Under the pieces are notes generated by a model that did not search any database, was not told the DNA's origin, and saw only the letters and a program-made list of their open reading frames with translations. Positions 49,732 through 59,378 of a stretch of 64,000 nt of DNA are shown here, one piece after another. The DNA is from an uncultured Caldilineales bacterium. GTDB taxonomy: Bacteria; Chloroflexota; Anaerolineae; J102. Where the stretch lies: assembly GCA_964565065.1 (NCBI GenBank), contig CAZMDD010000046.1:5479-69478 (forward strand), written 5' to 3'. Position numbers and translations under genes: made by a program. Within the stretch, counting starts at the first letter, position 1. Each line of letters begins with the position of its first letter.

Positions 49732-51006
49732 ATGCTAACCGATAAGCTGCGCACGCATACTTTGGACAATGGCCTGACTCTGCTGTTGAAGGAGTCACAT
49801 GCCGCGCCTGTGACCAGTTTTTGGTTGTGGTATCGGGTCGGCAGTCGCAATGAACAGCCGGGATTGACCGGAATTTCGCATTGGGTGGAACATATGCTGT
49901 TCAAGGGTACCACTCGCCGGCCGCAAGGCAACTTCGATCGACTCATCCAGCGCGAAGGGGGGCATTTTAACGGCATGACTTGGATCGATTTGACCACCTT
50001 TTATGCCACGCTGCCCGCTGAGCGCATCGCTTTGGCGCTGGATATTGAAGCGGATCGCATGCAAAATGCGCTGTTCGATGTCGATGAGGTGGAAAGTGAA
50101 CGCACGGTGGTCATCTCGGAACGGGAGGGCAGCGAAAATCAGCCCGGCTTCTGGCTGCGAGAGCAGATTCAGGCGGCCAGTTTTGTGGCGCATCCTTACC
50201 GGCACATGGTTATCGGCTGGAAGGAGGATTTGCGGCGCATCACCCGGGATGATTTGTATGCGCACTATCGCACTTTTTACACGCCTAATAACGCTGTTGC
50301 GGTGGTGGTGGGCGATTTCGAGACCGAGGCCATGATTCAACAGGTAGAGACAGCTTTTGGCAACATCCCGCGCGGGCCTGAGCCTCCGGCCATGCGCGTG
50401 GTCGAGCCCCAGGCCCGCTCTCGACGTTCTGTCGAATTGCACGGGCCTGGCGGCGCGCACTATTATGCGCTCTGCTATCGTGTGCCCCCGGCCCGCGACC
50501 CCGATTTCTTTCCCCTGACCCTGCTGGGTGCGGTGCTGGATGGTGCGCGGGGCCTGCCACCCTTTGGCGGCGGCGGTCTGGGACGTTCCGCCCGGTTGTA
50601 TCGGGCCTTGGTCAACACCGGTCTGGCCATGGGGGTTAGCGGCGCGATGACTGCCTCTAAAGATGGCTATCTTTTCAGCATCAGCGCTACCGTCAGCAAA
50701 GAGACGAATCGTGAACAAGTCGAGCAGACCATCCAGCAGGAATTAGAGCGCCTGAAAACAGAGGCTGTGGGCCCGGAGGAATTGGCCCGGGCCATCAAAG
50801 GCACTCGCGCCCTGTTTGCCTATGGCAGCGAAAGTGTTACCAGTCAAGCTATGTTGTTGGGGTTGGCCAGCATCATTGCCGATATCGATTGGCTGGCCCA
50901 TTTTTTGGATAACATGGCCCGCGTCACCTCGGATGACATCCTGCGCGTCGCACGTCGTTACTTTGTGCCTGAAAACGAAGTTAGCGGCTGGTACATCAGC
51001 GATTGA
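49732..51006 (+). CDS. M16 family zinc peptidase (active subunit, HxxEH)
   Basis: It has the inverted zinc motif HWVEHMLFKGT. Confidence 0.8.
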   Translation: MLTDKLRTHTLDNGLTLLLKESHAAPVTSFWLWYRVGSRNEQPGLTGISHWVEHMLFKGTTRRPQGNFDRLIQREGGHFNGMTWIDLTTFYATLPAERIALALDIEADRMQNALFDVDEVESERTVVISEREGSENQPGFWLREQIQAASFVAHPYRHMVIGWKEDLRRITRDDLYAHYRTFYTPNNAVAVVVGDFETEAMIQQVETAFGNIPRGPEPPAMRVVEPQARSRRSVELHGPGGAHYYALCYRVPPARDPDFFPLTLLGAVLDGARGLPPFGGGGLGRSARLYRALVNTGLAMGVSGAMTASKDGYLFSISATVSKETNREQVEQTIQQELERLKTEAVGPEELARAIKGTRALFAYGSESVTSQAMLLGLASIIADIDWLAHFLDNMARVTSDDILRVARRYFVPENEVSGWYISD

Positions 51007-51025
51007 TGGGTGACTTCGGCGCTTG

Positions 51026-52348
51026 ATGCTTTTTTATCCGCCAACTCTGCATGAGACAAGTGTTATGATGAACCCTGCCATTCCCGGCCCGCACAACATC
51101 ATCATCGATGAGCTTAGCAATGGCTTGCGCGTCTGGGTTTATGAAAATTTCGAGTCCCAAACCATCTCGCTACAAGGTTATGTGCCGGGCGGAAGTATTA
51201 ACGAATCGCCGCAACAAACAGGCCTGGCAAATCTAACAGCACTCATGCTGCGACGGGGTGCAGGTGGGCGCAGCTACGATATGTTGAACGAAATCATCGA
51301 AGCGGTGGGCGCTTCATTTGATTTTGACACTGGACGACATACCCTGGGTTTTGATACTTATTCACTGGCAGAAGATTTTGATCTGCCCCTCTCGTTGCTG
51401 GCCCAAAGCCTGAAAACGCCCGATTTTCCTGAAACCGAGCTGGAAAAGAGCCGCAAGCAGCTTTTGGCCCGGCTGGAAGAACGGAAGCACAGCACCAACA
51501 TGCAAGCGCTGCTGGCCTTTCGGCAGCATCTGTACGCACCTGGTCATCCCTATCGCAGCTCCTTTCTGGGCGAAGAAGCCACGCTGCAACAGTTCACCCG
51601 TAAGCAACTCATCACCTTTTATCACAACAACATCACGCCTGCAGGAGGCATTGTGGTTGTGGTAGGTGCTTTGCCCGCCACCGAAATCATGGCCCGGCTG
51701 GAGCAAGCGCTGGGAGATTGGCGACATCCTCACGCCCGCCCCGATGACACCATCCCTCCCACCCCGCGCCTGACGGGCAAAATCGAGGTGAGCCTCCCCA
51801 TTCCCGGCAAAAGCCAAAGCACCCTTTTGCTGGGCTGGCCCAGCATTCCTGTCAATCATCCCGACTACTTCTCCCTGCTGCTTTGTAACAGCATTTTGGG
51901 ACAATTTGGCCTGGGCGGGCGCTTGGGGCAGCGGGTGCGCGAGACTCTGGGGCTGGCGTACAGCATCAACAGCAGCTTTACTGTGAATCGTGGTGCAGGA
52001 ACCATTCGAATCAGCGCTGGCGTGAATCCGGCCAACATCGGGCGCGCGCTAGAAGCTATTTTCCATGAACTCGGGCGCATTCGTAACCACCTGGTAACGC
52101 CGCAAGAGCTGGAAGATGTGCAACGTCATGCCAGCGGCTCATTGCCCTTGCGCCTGGAAACCAACAATGGCATTGGCAGCAGTTTGATCAACATGGCTTG
52201 GTACAACAGCGAACTCGATTATCTGCTGACCTATGCCGAGAAGATTTGGGCCGTGACGCGTGAGGATGTGCTGCGTGTAGCCCGGAAGTATTTTGATCTT
52301 GAAAATTATGTGCTTGTCACAGCAGGTCCGCCCCCGGAGGAAGCTTGA
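51026..52348 (+). CDS. M16 family peptidase-like partner subunit (non-catalytic, no HxxEH)
   Basis: It has the M16 fold but lacks the zinc motif. It is paired with the upstream active subunit. The start may instead be at 51065. Confidence 0.7.
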   Translation: MLFYPPTLHETSVMMNPAIPGPHNIIIDELSNGLRVWVYENFESQTISLQGYVPGGSINESPQQTGLANLTALMLRRGAGGRSYDMLNEIIEAVGASFDFDTGRHTLGFDTYSLAEDFDLPLSLLAQSLKTPDFPETELEKSRKQLLARLEERKHSTNMQALLAFRQHLYAPGHPYRSSFLGEEATLQQFTRKQLITFYHNNITPAGGIVVVVGALPATEIMARLEQALGDWRHPHARPDDTIPPTPRLTGKIEVSLPIPGKSQSTLLLGWPSIPVNHPDYFSLLLCNSILGQFGLGGRLGQRVRETLGLAYSINSSFTVNRGAGTIRISAGVNPANIGRALEAIFHELGRIRNHLVTPQELEDVQRHASGSLPLRLETNNGIGSSLINMAWYNSELDYLLTYAEKIWAVTREDVLRVARKYFDLENYVLVTAGPPPEEA

Positions 52349-52710
52349 TGCTAAGAACAGGTGTCGATATTATTGACATTGGCCGGGTGGAGCGTGCCCT
52401 GGCCCGACACGGCCATGCCTTTTTGCAGCGTGTTTACACGCCTGCTGAAATCGAGCTTTATAAACAGCGCACACAATCGTTAGCTGCGCGTTGGGCGGCC
52501 AAAGAGGCGGTGGCCAAAGCCCTGGGCACAGGCATCGGACCAGTGGGCTGGCAAGAGATTGAAGTGTTGGAAGATGCCTTGCGGGCGCCCACCTTACGCC
52601 TGAGCGGGCGCGCAGCCGCGCGGGCGCAAGCGTTGGGGCTAACACAGTGGGCCATCAGTCTTTCGCACACCCAAGAGCTGGCCACAGCCTTTGTCGTGGC
52701 ATCGGGATGA
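52345..52710 (+). CDS. acpS: Holo-[acyl-carrier-protein] synthase
   Basis: A 121-aa protein with the motifs GVDIIDIGR and WAAKEAVAKALG. Confidence 0.85.
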   Translation: MMLRTGVDIIDIGRVERALARHGHAFLQRVYTPAEIELYKQRTQSLAARWAAKEAVAKALGTGIGPVGWQEIEVLEDALRAPTLRLSGRAAARAQALGLTQWAISLSHTQELATAFVVASG

Positions 52711-52963
52711 TTTTCTGCCCGGAATCGCCAGATTTGGCAGGAAATTACTGGTCGTGATTATTTTGGGCTGATGGTCGCTGTATCCGCTATCCAGAAAGAA
52801 CTGCCAAGGCACAAAGACACGACGAAAAAGGGACTGAAAAAGAAGGGGCCTCACCGAGGGCGGAGCTGGTGGTTTTGCGTAAGACTCCTCACTCCCGTTC
52901 ACAGAACGTTTCATCCCTCTGCGCCCGTGGCCGAACTGCGCCCCGCGTGCTATAATCGCAATC

Positions 52964-54331
52964 ATGCAACGAACTCGCAAAGCTGGCGCGGTGTTTCTTT
53001 TGCTGATGCTGGCGATTTTTCCTGTTTGGGCTCCGCTCACTCGCCCGGGGCTGCCCGCGTGGCGCGCGGGCGTTCTGCCTGTGCTGGGCCTGCGCACCAA
53101 CGCGTTAGGCGCGCTTATGCCCGCGTCGCTGCCCGCAGCCGCGCTGTTGCCCGCCCGCGGCCTGCATGCGTTGGGGCTGAGCAATCTGGTGGCATTCAAG
53201 CTCAGCATCATCCTGGCGATGCTTATGCTGGCTGTAACGCTCTTTCTTTGGGCCCGGGTTGTGGCAGGTGTGCAAGCGGGCGTGCTGGCCGCATTGCTTA
53301 CCCTTTACGCGCCTCTTTTTCTCAGCGCCATCTATCAGCAAAGTGCATTGGCGGGCCTGTGGGTGATGTTGGGCGTGGCCATCAGTGGTTGGGGCATTAG
53401 TCTGAGCATGGTGTCTCGCTTGAAGGTTTTGCGGCAAACTGGCAAAATTCCATCGGAGCAGCCGCTGCATTGGCGGAAAACTTCGTTGTGGCTGCTGGCC
53501 ATGGGCGCTGTTTTGATTTTTGCCAATGCGTTGCCCGCGCAATGGCGGCAGCCGCCCAACGCTCTGCGCCCTCAGCTTTATCAGCTTGTGGAGCCTGGCT
53601 GGTTCTGGCAGACCAGCTCTCTGACCCTGCAAACCCCTGTGGCCTGGAGCCTGGGGCTGGGGCTTATCGCCATGTTGCTCATCACATTGTGGTTGGCTCA
53701 GGGCCCGGTGGGCAAATGGGTCTATCGGTTGACACTCATGGGTAGCTTGCTGCTAAGCATTGCTTTTTTTGTGCCCGAGCCCATCATCCCGCTGATGGCA
53801 GCATTGCCCATGCTTTCGGTGGCAGCAGCAGGGATTATGGCCCTGTTGCCGCAGCTCAAGCAACCTGCACTGTGGGCAGCGCTATTGCTGATGCCCCTGT
53901 TGGCCGCGGGGCCGGGCCTCTCGCCCCAATTCACCGACGTGCGTATCCCGTCAACGCCCGCAGCCATTTTTGGCGATAATCAGATCTTGCTGGTGGATGT
54001 TCAGGTGATTGGCGATTTGGCTCCAGGGCAGACCATCCAGGTGCAAACAACGTGGCAGGCGCTCAAAACGCCCGATTTTGATTACAATCTTTTCTTGCAT
54101 CTCACCGATGATGCCGGCAACCTCATCGCACAATTGGATACGCAACCCCGCGCGGGCGACACGCCCATGACCGGGTGGACGCGCGGGGCCATTATCCCCA
54201 ACAGTTACCAACTTGCCATTCCGGCAGATGCACCTGAAAAGCTGCATTTGCGCCTGGGGCTTTACAACTGGCAAACGCTCCAGCGCCTCCCTCTTACCTC
54301 CGGCCCCGATGCCTTGAGCATTGGCCATTAG
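52964..54331 (+). CDS. Polytopic membrane protein, putative GT-C-like glycosyltransferase, paralog 1
   Basis: It has more than 10 TM helices. Its C-terminal domain (GQTIQVQTTWQAL...PMTGW...YQLAIP) is homologous to the C-terminus of CDS 18594..20975. A TATAAT box lies 7 nt upstream of the ATG, suggesting a leaderless transcript. Confidence 0.5.
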   Translation: MQRTRKAGAVFLLLMLAIFPVWAPLTRPGLPAWRAGVLPVLGLRTNALGALMPASLPAAALLPARGLHALGLSNLVAFKLSIILAMLMLAVTLFLWARVVAGVQAGVLAALLTLYAPLFLSAIYQQSALAGLWVMLGVAISGWGISLSMVSRLKVLRQTGKIPSEQPLHWRKTSLWLLAMGAVLIFANALPAQWRQPPNALRPQLYQLVEPGWFWQTSSLTLQTPVAWSLGLGLIAMLLITLWLAQGPVGKWVYRLTLMGSLLLSIAFFVPEPIIPLMAALPMLSVAAAGIMALLPQLKQPALWAALLLMPLLAAGPGLSPQFTDVRIPSTPAAIFGDNQILLVDVQVIGDLAPGQTIQVQTTWQALKTPDFDYNLFLHLTDDAGNLIAQLDTQPRAGDTPMTGWTRGAIIPNSYQLAIPADAPEKLHLRLGLYNWQTLQRLPLTSGPDALSIGH

Positions 54332-54334
54332 GCA

Positions 54335-56152
54335 TTGACCCTTATGAAAGCCCTCCGCTCTGCCTCTTTTTGGACAGCCATCTTGCTGAGCTTCTTTGCC
54401 ATCGCCCCCTTGCTGCGGCCTGGCTACTTTTGGGCTGCGCACGATGCCCGGCACGATGTTTTCTTCATTTTGCAATACAACATCACCTGGGAACAGGGCA
54501 TCCTCTTTCCGCGCTGGTCGCCCGATTGGGCCTTTGGCTATGGCTATCCATTTTTCAACATCTATGCGCCCGGTGCGACCTTTTTGGGCACGCTCCTTTA
54601 TCGACTATTGCCCCTGACGCTGGAAAACGCGGTCAAAGCAACCTTTGGCGTTACCCTGCTTATCAGCGCAGCCAGCATGTGGCTTTTTGTGCGGGATTGG
54701 CTGGGCGAGCGGGCCGCATTGGTGGCCGCAGTGGCCTTTGTTTATGCGCCTTATCATCTGTTGGATGTGTATGTGCGGGCTGCCATGGCCGAAAGTTTGG
54801 CCCTGGCCCTGCTACCCCTGGCCCTGTGGGCGCTGCGACGCACTGTCAGGGAGCCCAGTGCGCGCCACATGGTACTCACCGCCCTGACCTACGCGGCCAT
54901 TCATCTTAGTTCCAATTTGGTGGCCCTACTGTTTACGCCGGTACTGGGGCTTTATCTGCTGCTGCTGGTCTGCCAACGGGCGCGAGCAGAGCAAGATTCT
55001 TCTTTGTTTTCCCTTGCCTCTTTATCTCTTTGCGTAAGATATATCTTTGCACCCGCCGCGGGCCTGCTTCTGGGCGTCATGCTGGCCGCGTTCTTCATCC
55101 TACCTGCACTGGCTGAAAAGAATTTTGTCAATCTGGGGCAATGGTATAGCGGCTACTATGATTTTCACGAGCATTTTGTTTATTTTGCCCAACTTTTCGA
55201 TCCTCGTTGGGGGTTCGGCATTAGCACGCCCGGGCCTCATGATCCCCTCAGCTATCAACTGGGCCTGGCACTCTTCTTACTGGCGGCATTGGCAGCCTGG
55301 GCCTTTTTGCGTCGTCCGGGCCAAGAGCGGGCCGAAATCGGCTTCTGGCTGCTCATCTTGCTGGGAAGCGTGTGGTTGACTACCGCTGCTTCGACCCTGG
55401 CCTGGGATTTTGTACCCATGGTAGCCATGGCGCAATTTCCGTGGCGTTATCTGACGCTGGCTGTGCTTGCGTTGGCGCTGCTGGCCCCGGTTATCCTTAC
55501 CATTGGCAGCTACAAGATGAGCGAATCGACGCATGTGCGCCATTCATGGCTTATTCCCTTGCTGCTTTCGGGTCTGATTATCTTTGCCAGCAGCCATTAT
55601 CTGCGCATTCAGGCCATCACGCCTCCGCCCGGCGGTGCTACCCTGGCCGGCCTGATGGAATTCGAACGCAGCTCCGATGAAATGACAGGCATGACCGCTA
55701 CGGCGCAGGATGTGGCACATTGGTCACCTCTGGCCGATTTGCACATGGCGGGGCAACCTGTCACGACTCAGGTGGATTATGGCCTGGTGCAGGCCAATGA
55801 GCATCTGGCTGTGGATTCGCTGGAACACAGTGTCATGGCCGAAACTGTGTGGGTGCAAGCTGATGCGCCCGGACAAAGCGTTCCCTTTTTACGGCAATGG
55901 TATCCTGGTTGGACGGCCACCCTGCTGGACCCTGACACACGCGCGGTCCTCCAGCGCGTTGCCCTCACCCCCAACAACGTTCGCGATCCCTACGGACTCA
56001 TCACCGTGCCTGTGCCCCAGGGACGCTACTTGTTGCGCCTGAGCTTCGAGGATACCCCCATCCGCAAAATTGGCAACACCCTCTCAATCCTCACGCTGTT
56101 TATTTTGGCTGCTCTGCTGCTGCCCTGGCGTAAAAATGTGAGGATGCACTGA
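54335..56152 (+). CDS. Polytopic membrane protein, putative GT-C-like glycosyltransferase, paralog 2
   Basis: Its N-terminus (LLRPGYFWAAHDARHDVFF...RWSPDWAFGYGYPFFNIYAP) is shared with paralog 3. It has more than 10 TM helices. Confidence 0.5.
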   Translation: MTLMKALRSASFWTAILLSFFAIAPLLRPGYFWAAHDARHDVFFILQYNITWEQGILFPRWSPDWAFGYGYPFFNIYAPGATFLGTLLYRLLPLTLENAVKATFGVTLLISAASMWLFVRDWLGERAALVAAVAFVYAPYHLLDVYVRAAMAESLALALLPLALWALRRTVREPSARHMVLTALTYAAIHLSSNLVALLFTPVLGLYLLLLVCQRARAEQDSSLFSLASLSLCVRYIFAPAAGLLLGVMLAAFFILPALAEKNFVNLGQWYSGYYDFHEHFVYFAQLFDPRWGFGISTPGPHDPLSYQLGLALFLLAALAAWAFLRRPGQERAEIGFWLLILLGSVWLTTAASTLAWDFVPMVAMAQFPWRYLTLAVLALALLAPVILTIGSYKMSESTHVRHSWLIPLLLSGLIIFASSHYLRIQAITPPPGGATLAGLMEFERSSDEMTGMTATAQDVAHWSPLADLHMAGQPVTTQVDYGLVQANEHLAVDSLEHSVMAETVWVQADAPGQSVPFLRQWYPGWTATLLDPDTRAVLQRVALTPNNVRDPYGLITVPVPQGRYLLRLSFEDTPIRKIGNTLSILTLFILAALLLPWRKNVRMH

Positions 56153-56181
56153 ATCATCGATTCCCAATCTTTTCTTCTCCC

Positions 56182-57909
56182 ATGCCCCGGTCCCGCTCCC
56201 CTCTCATCCTGCTCATTCTTTTGAGCCTTCTGGTTTTGGCCCCATTACTGGCCTCCGGCTACTTTTTGCGCGCCCACGATGCCCGGCATAGCCTCATCTG
56301 GCTGGTGGAGTATGATCAGGGCATTCGTAGCGGCTTTTTGTGGCCTCGTTGGGCTCCAGATCATTCGCAGGGCTTTGGGTATCCGTTGTTTACTTTTTAT
56401 GCGCCCTTTGCCTTTATCATCGCCGAAGGCTTTCATTTGCTGGGAGCCAGTATTGTGGGGGCAGTCAAGCTAACCTGGGCGCTGGCGACCCTTTTAGCAG
56501 GTGTAAGTATGTACCATCTGGCCCGACGCTTGTGGGGTATTGGGCCTGCGTTCATTGCCGGTTTGCTTTACATGGTCGCGCCTTATCATCTGGTCAATAG
56601 CTATGTGCGCGGTTCTCTGGCCGAATTTGTGGCCCTGGCTCTTTATCCGTGGGTTATCGACAGTTTTTTGTTGCTGTTGCGACGCAAGACCATGCGTAGC
56701 ATCGTGCCTGCTGCACTTAGTCTGGGCTTGCTGATTATGACTCACAGCGTTACCTTGATGTTGTTGCCGCCGCTGCTGGCCTTGTTCATTCTTTATTGGC
56801 TGCTGCTGGATTGGCGGCAGCGTGGGCGGTGGCCATGGCGGACGACATACTATGCTTTAGCTGCGGGGCTGCTGGGCGGTTTGCTGGCTGCCATCTTTTT
56901 GCTGCCCGTGCTGGCCGAAACTCGATACATCGTTGTTGATCAGTGGCTTCCCGCTGAAAGCTACAATTATCCTCAGCAATTTCTTTACCTTTTTCAACTG
57001 TTTGATTTTGCTTGGGATTACGGTTTTGCTTTGCCCGGGCCCGATGATGGCATGAATCTTTCTATTGGCTTGTGGCTGGTTATTCTGGGACTGGCTGCGC
57101 TGCCGTTGGGCATCAAGTCATTATCCCGCCACCGCGCCCTTTTCTGGTCCTTTTTCATCCTGGCGTTACTTTCACTCTTTGCCACCCAGGCCCCCAGCAA
57201 AATTTTCTGGGATGCGATTCCCATGATCAAATTGGTGCAGTTCCCTTTCCGATTCCTGGCCCCCAGCACGCTCTTTCTTTCGTTGGTGGCTGCCGGAATT
57301 GTGACTGCGCTGTTGCCCGAATCGCAAGAAGCTTTTCATCCCTTGCTGTTGGTGCTGGCTCTGGCAATTTTGTTGGGCTCCTGGCACTATGCTCAGCCGC
57401 AGCACACGCCCGCGCCTCCATCTGCGCAAACGCCTGTCGCCGATATTCAGTTCGAGCTGGATTATCCCGATATGCGGGGCAGCACTGCGTTTGCGGGTGA
57501 CAAACCGGTGACATCGCCCAAGGTGGAGGCTTATCTGGCGGGCCAGCCGCTGCCCCTGGCCGAGATTATCCAGGGAACTGGCAGTGTGGCGAGTATTGAT
57601 CATGGAGCGGGTGTTGAGCAGGTGGCTGTGCTGGCTGATGTGCCCATCACGCTGCAATTTTACACCTATTGGTATCCTGGCTGGCGGGCGTGGGTCGATG
57701 ATCAGGAGGTGGCGGCACGGGCCTCGGGCCCGGATGCCCTCATCACGCTGGATGTGCCCGCGGGCGAGCATCATGTGCGCATCCGCTTTACCAACACGCC
57801 TTTGCGCACCCTGGCCGCCATCATCAGCCTGCTAACAGCGCTCATTTTGATCATCATCCACTTTTGGGATACAATCCGCCTCTCCCTGCCCTTCAACAGC
57901 AATCATTAG
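56182..57909 (+). CDS. Polytopic membrane protein, putative GT-C-like glycosyltransferase, paralog 3
   Basis: Its N-terminus is LLASGYFLRAHDARHSL...RWAPDHSQGFGYPLFTFYAP, homologous to paralog 2. Confidence 0.5.
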   Translation: MPRSRSPLILLILLSLLVLAPLLASGYFLRAHDARHSLIWLVEYDQGIRSGFLWPRWAPDHSQGFGYPLFTFYAPFAFIIAEGFHLLGASIVGAVKLTWALATLLAGVSMYHLARRLWGIGPAFIAGLLYMVAPYHLVNSYVRGSLAEFVALALYPWVIDSFLLLLRRKTMRSIVPAALSLGLLIMTHSVTLMLLPPLLALFILYWLLLDWRQRGRWPWRTTYYALAAGLLGGLLAAIFLLPVLAETRYIVVDQWLPAESYNYPQQFLYLFQLFDFAWDYGFALPGPDDGMNLSIGLWLVILGLAALPLGIKSLSRHRALFWSFFILALLSLFATQAPSKIFWDAIPMIKLVQFPFRFLAPSTLFLSLVAAGIVTALLPESQEAFHPLLLVLALAILLGSWHYAQPQHTPAPPSAQTPVADIQFELDYPDMRGSTAFAGDKPVTSPKVEAYLAGQPLPLAEIIQGTGSVASIDHGAGVEQVAVLADVPITLQFYTYWYPGWRAWVDDQEVAARASGPDALITLDVPAGEHHVRIRFTNTPLRTLAAIISLLTALILIIIHFWDTIRLSLPFNSNH

Positions 57910-57917
57910 CCATTCCC

Positions 57918-58937
57918 ATGTCTATCCGTCAATGTCCCAATTGCGGGGCACAAGTCAGTCACAAAGCAGATGAATGCTTCATGTGCGGCTATCAATTTCA
58001 TCAGCCGCAACGTGTGCGCGTGCGCGTGCCCTGGGCCGACATCATTCTGGTGCTGTTCATTGCGGCGTTGGTGGCCATCTGGTGGCGCTGGGATGATGAG
58101 CGGCAGGTTTTGGCCCAAACTCCCTCTGCTACCCCCACGTACACGGTCACGCCCACGCAAACGCCTACCATCACGCCCACGCCTACGATTACGCCCACGC
58201 CCACCATCACACCGACACCCACGCCTGTTGTGCATACTGTGCGGCCAGGTGATACGTATCTGGGCATTGCTAATCTTTATGGCATCAAGCTGGATGATTT
58301 GCTGGCCGCCAACAATTTGAAAGTTGATGACATCATTCAGCCGGGGCAAGTCTTGCGTGTTCCGGCAGCCAGCGGCGATGTGGCCTATCCTACGCCCGAG
58401 CCTCTGAGCGGGCGTTTCAACTACGCTGTAGAATTGGGGGACACCGTAGAGGCCATTGCCATTCGTTTGCAAGTCGATCCGACAGTCATTCTTGAAAACA
58501 ACGATATTTCCGATCCAGATCATCTGCAACCGGGCCAGGTGCTCATCATTCCCATGGGATCTGAAATGGCTGATGTCGAGCCAACTATTGTGCCGACACC
58601 GCAGGGGCGACCACAGCCGCCGGTGCTCATCGGGCCCGCCAATGGCAGTGTTCACGCGGGGCCGACCGGGCCATTGCTGCGTTGGGTCTCGGCCCATTTG
58701 TTACCGGATGATATTTGTTATCAGATTAACCTGCGTTACGCAGACCCGCACTTGCCCGAAATTTCTCCCATTTGCACCAAAGCGGGCAGCTTGCGTTTGG
58801 ATAATGCCTTGCGCCCGCCCGCGGATGCCGCGTCCGCGGAAATTCGTTGGTGGCTTCGCCTGGTGCGTTTGACCCGGGATGGTGATGTTTATCCTGTCAG
58901 TCTACCCAGCGCTGTGCGACGTTTTGAGTGGCATTAA
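57918..58937 (+). CDS. Zinc-ribbon / TM / PT-linker / double LysM domain protein
   Basis: It has an N-terminal CPNCG...CFMCG zinc ribbon and a TM helix. The linker is TPTITPTPTITPTP. Two LysM motifs are present (HTVRPGDTYLGIANLYGIKLDDLLAANNL and YAVELGDTVEAIAIRLQVDPTVILENN). Confidence 0.7.
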   Translation: MSIRQCPNCGAQVSHKADECFMCGYQFHQPQRVRVRVPWADIILVLFIAALVAIWWRWDDERQVLAQTPSATPTYTVTPTQTPTITPTPTITPTPTITPTPTPVVHTVRPGDTYLGIANLYGIKLDDLLAANNLKVDDIIQPGQVLRVPAASGDVAYPTPEPLSGRFNYAVELGDTVEAIAIRLQVDPTVILENNDISDPDHLQPGQVLIIPMGSEMADVEPTIVPTPQGRPQPPVLIGPANGSVHAGPTGPLLRWVSAHLLPDDICYQINLRYADPHLPEISPICTKAGSLRLDNALRPPADAASAEIRWWLRLVRLTRDGDVYPVSLPSAVRRFEWH

Positions 58938-59242
58938 ACTTTGGCAGTGGGTATTTTGTCTGAGGGGAATTGTTCGCAGTTGGGGGGGCGGGCGTAGACG
59001 CCGGGAAGCATTTACATAAACGTTCAGTGGGCAGCTATGAAGCTTTTTCGCACAGCGAGTCATTCTGGTTCTTTCGGATTTCAGGGGGTCTGGCGCTGTC
59101 AAGCCGCCGGATCACGGATCCGGCTCAAGAGCGGGGGCTCCCAGGGCGGATTCGCAATCCGCCCGGCCTATCACTCCTGAAACCCAGTTGAGCCAAAAAG
59201 CACTCAAATGACCGGGATTGGGCAAGAGCAGCAAAATTCAAT

Positions 59243-59296
59243 AGATTTCTCCATAACTTCTCCACAATTTCTCCCGAATTCCTCCAAGATTCTCCT
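59243..59296 (+). repeat. Five direct repeats of (A)TTTCTCC / TTCCTCC at a regular 11-bp spacing
   Basis: TTCTCC occurs at 59247, 59258, 59269, 59279 (as TTCCTCC) and 59290. The array lies 83 bp upstream of the DUF2202 gene start. Confidence 0.5.
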
Positions 59297-59378
59297 TTAT
59301 ACTAAAGGCAGCGTTAAGGATGACCTTAGCGATTCGCAATCCAACCATTTACGCCTACGATTTACGGAGGATCCTATA

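Noticed and set aside
52785-52840. MITE-like fragments (GCCAAGGCACAAAGACACGACGAAAAAGGG at about 52790, and GTGTCTTCGTTTTCTTCG...CGTTACG at about 46090-46140) that may be eroded relics of older insertions
   Set aside because: The similarity is short and patchy, with no terminal inverted repeats or target-site duplication recognisable. It could be chance resemblance to the CGAAG-rich core.
59149-59342. Exact 12-mer GATTCGCAATCC present twice, 182 bp apart, in the spacer upstream of the DUF2202 gene
   Set aside because: A rough expectation for some duplicated 12-mer within 200 bp somewhere in a 64-kb window is of order 1, so this pair is not statistically compelling. I kept it only as a note inside the TTCTCC-array finding.
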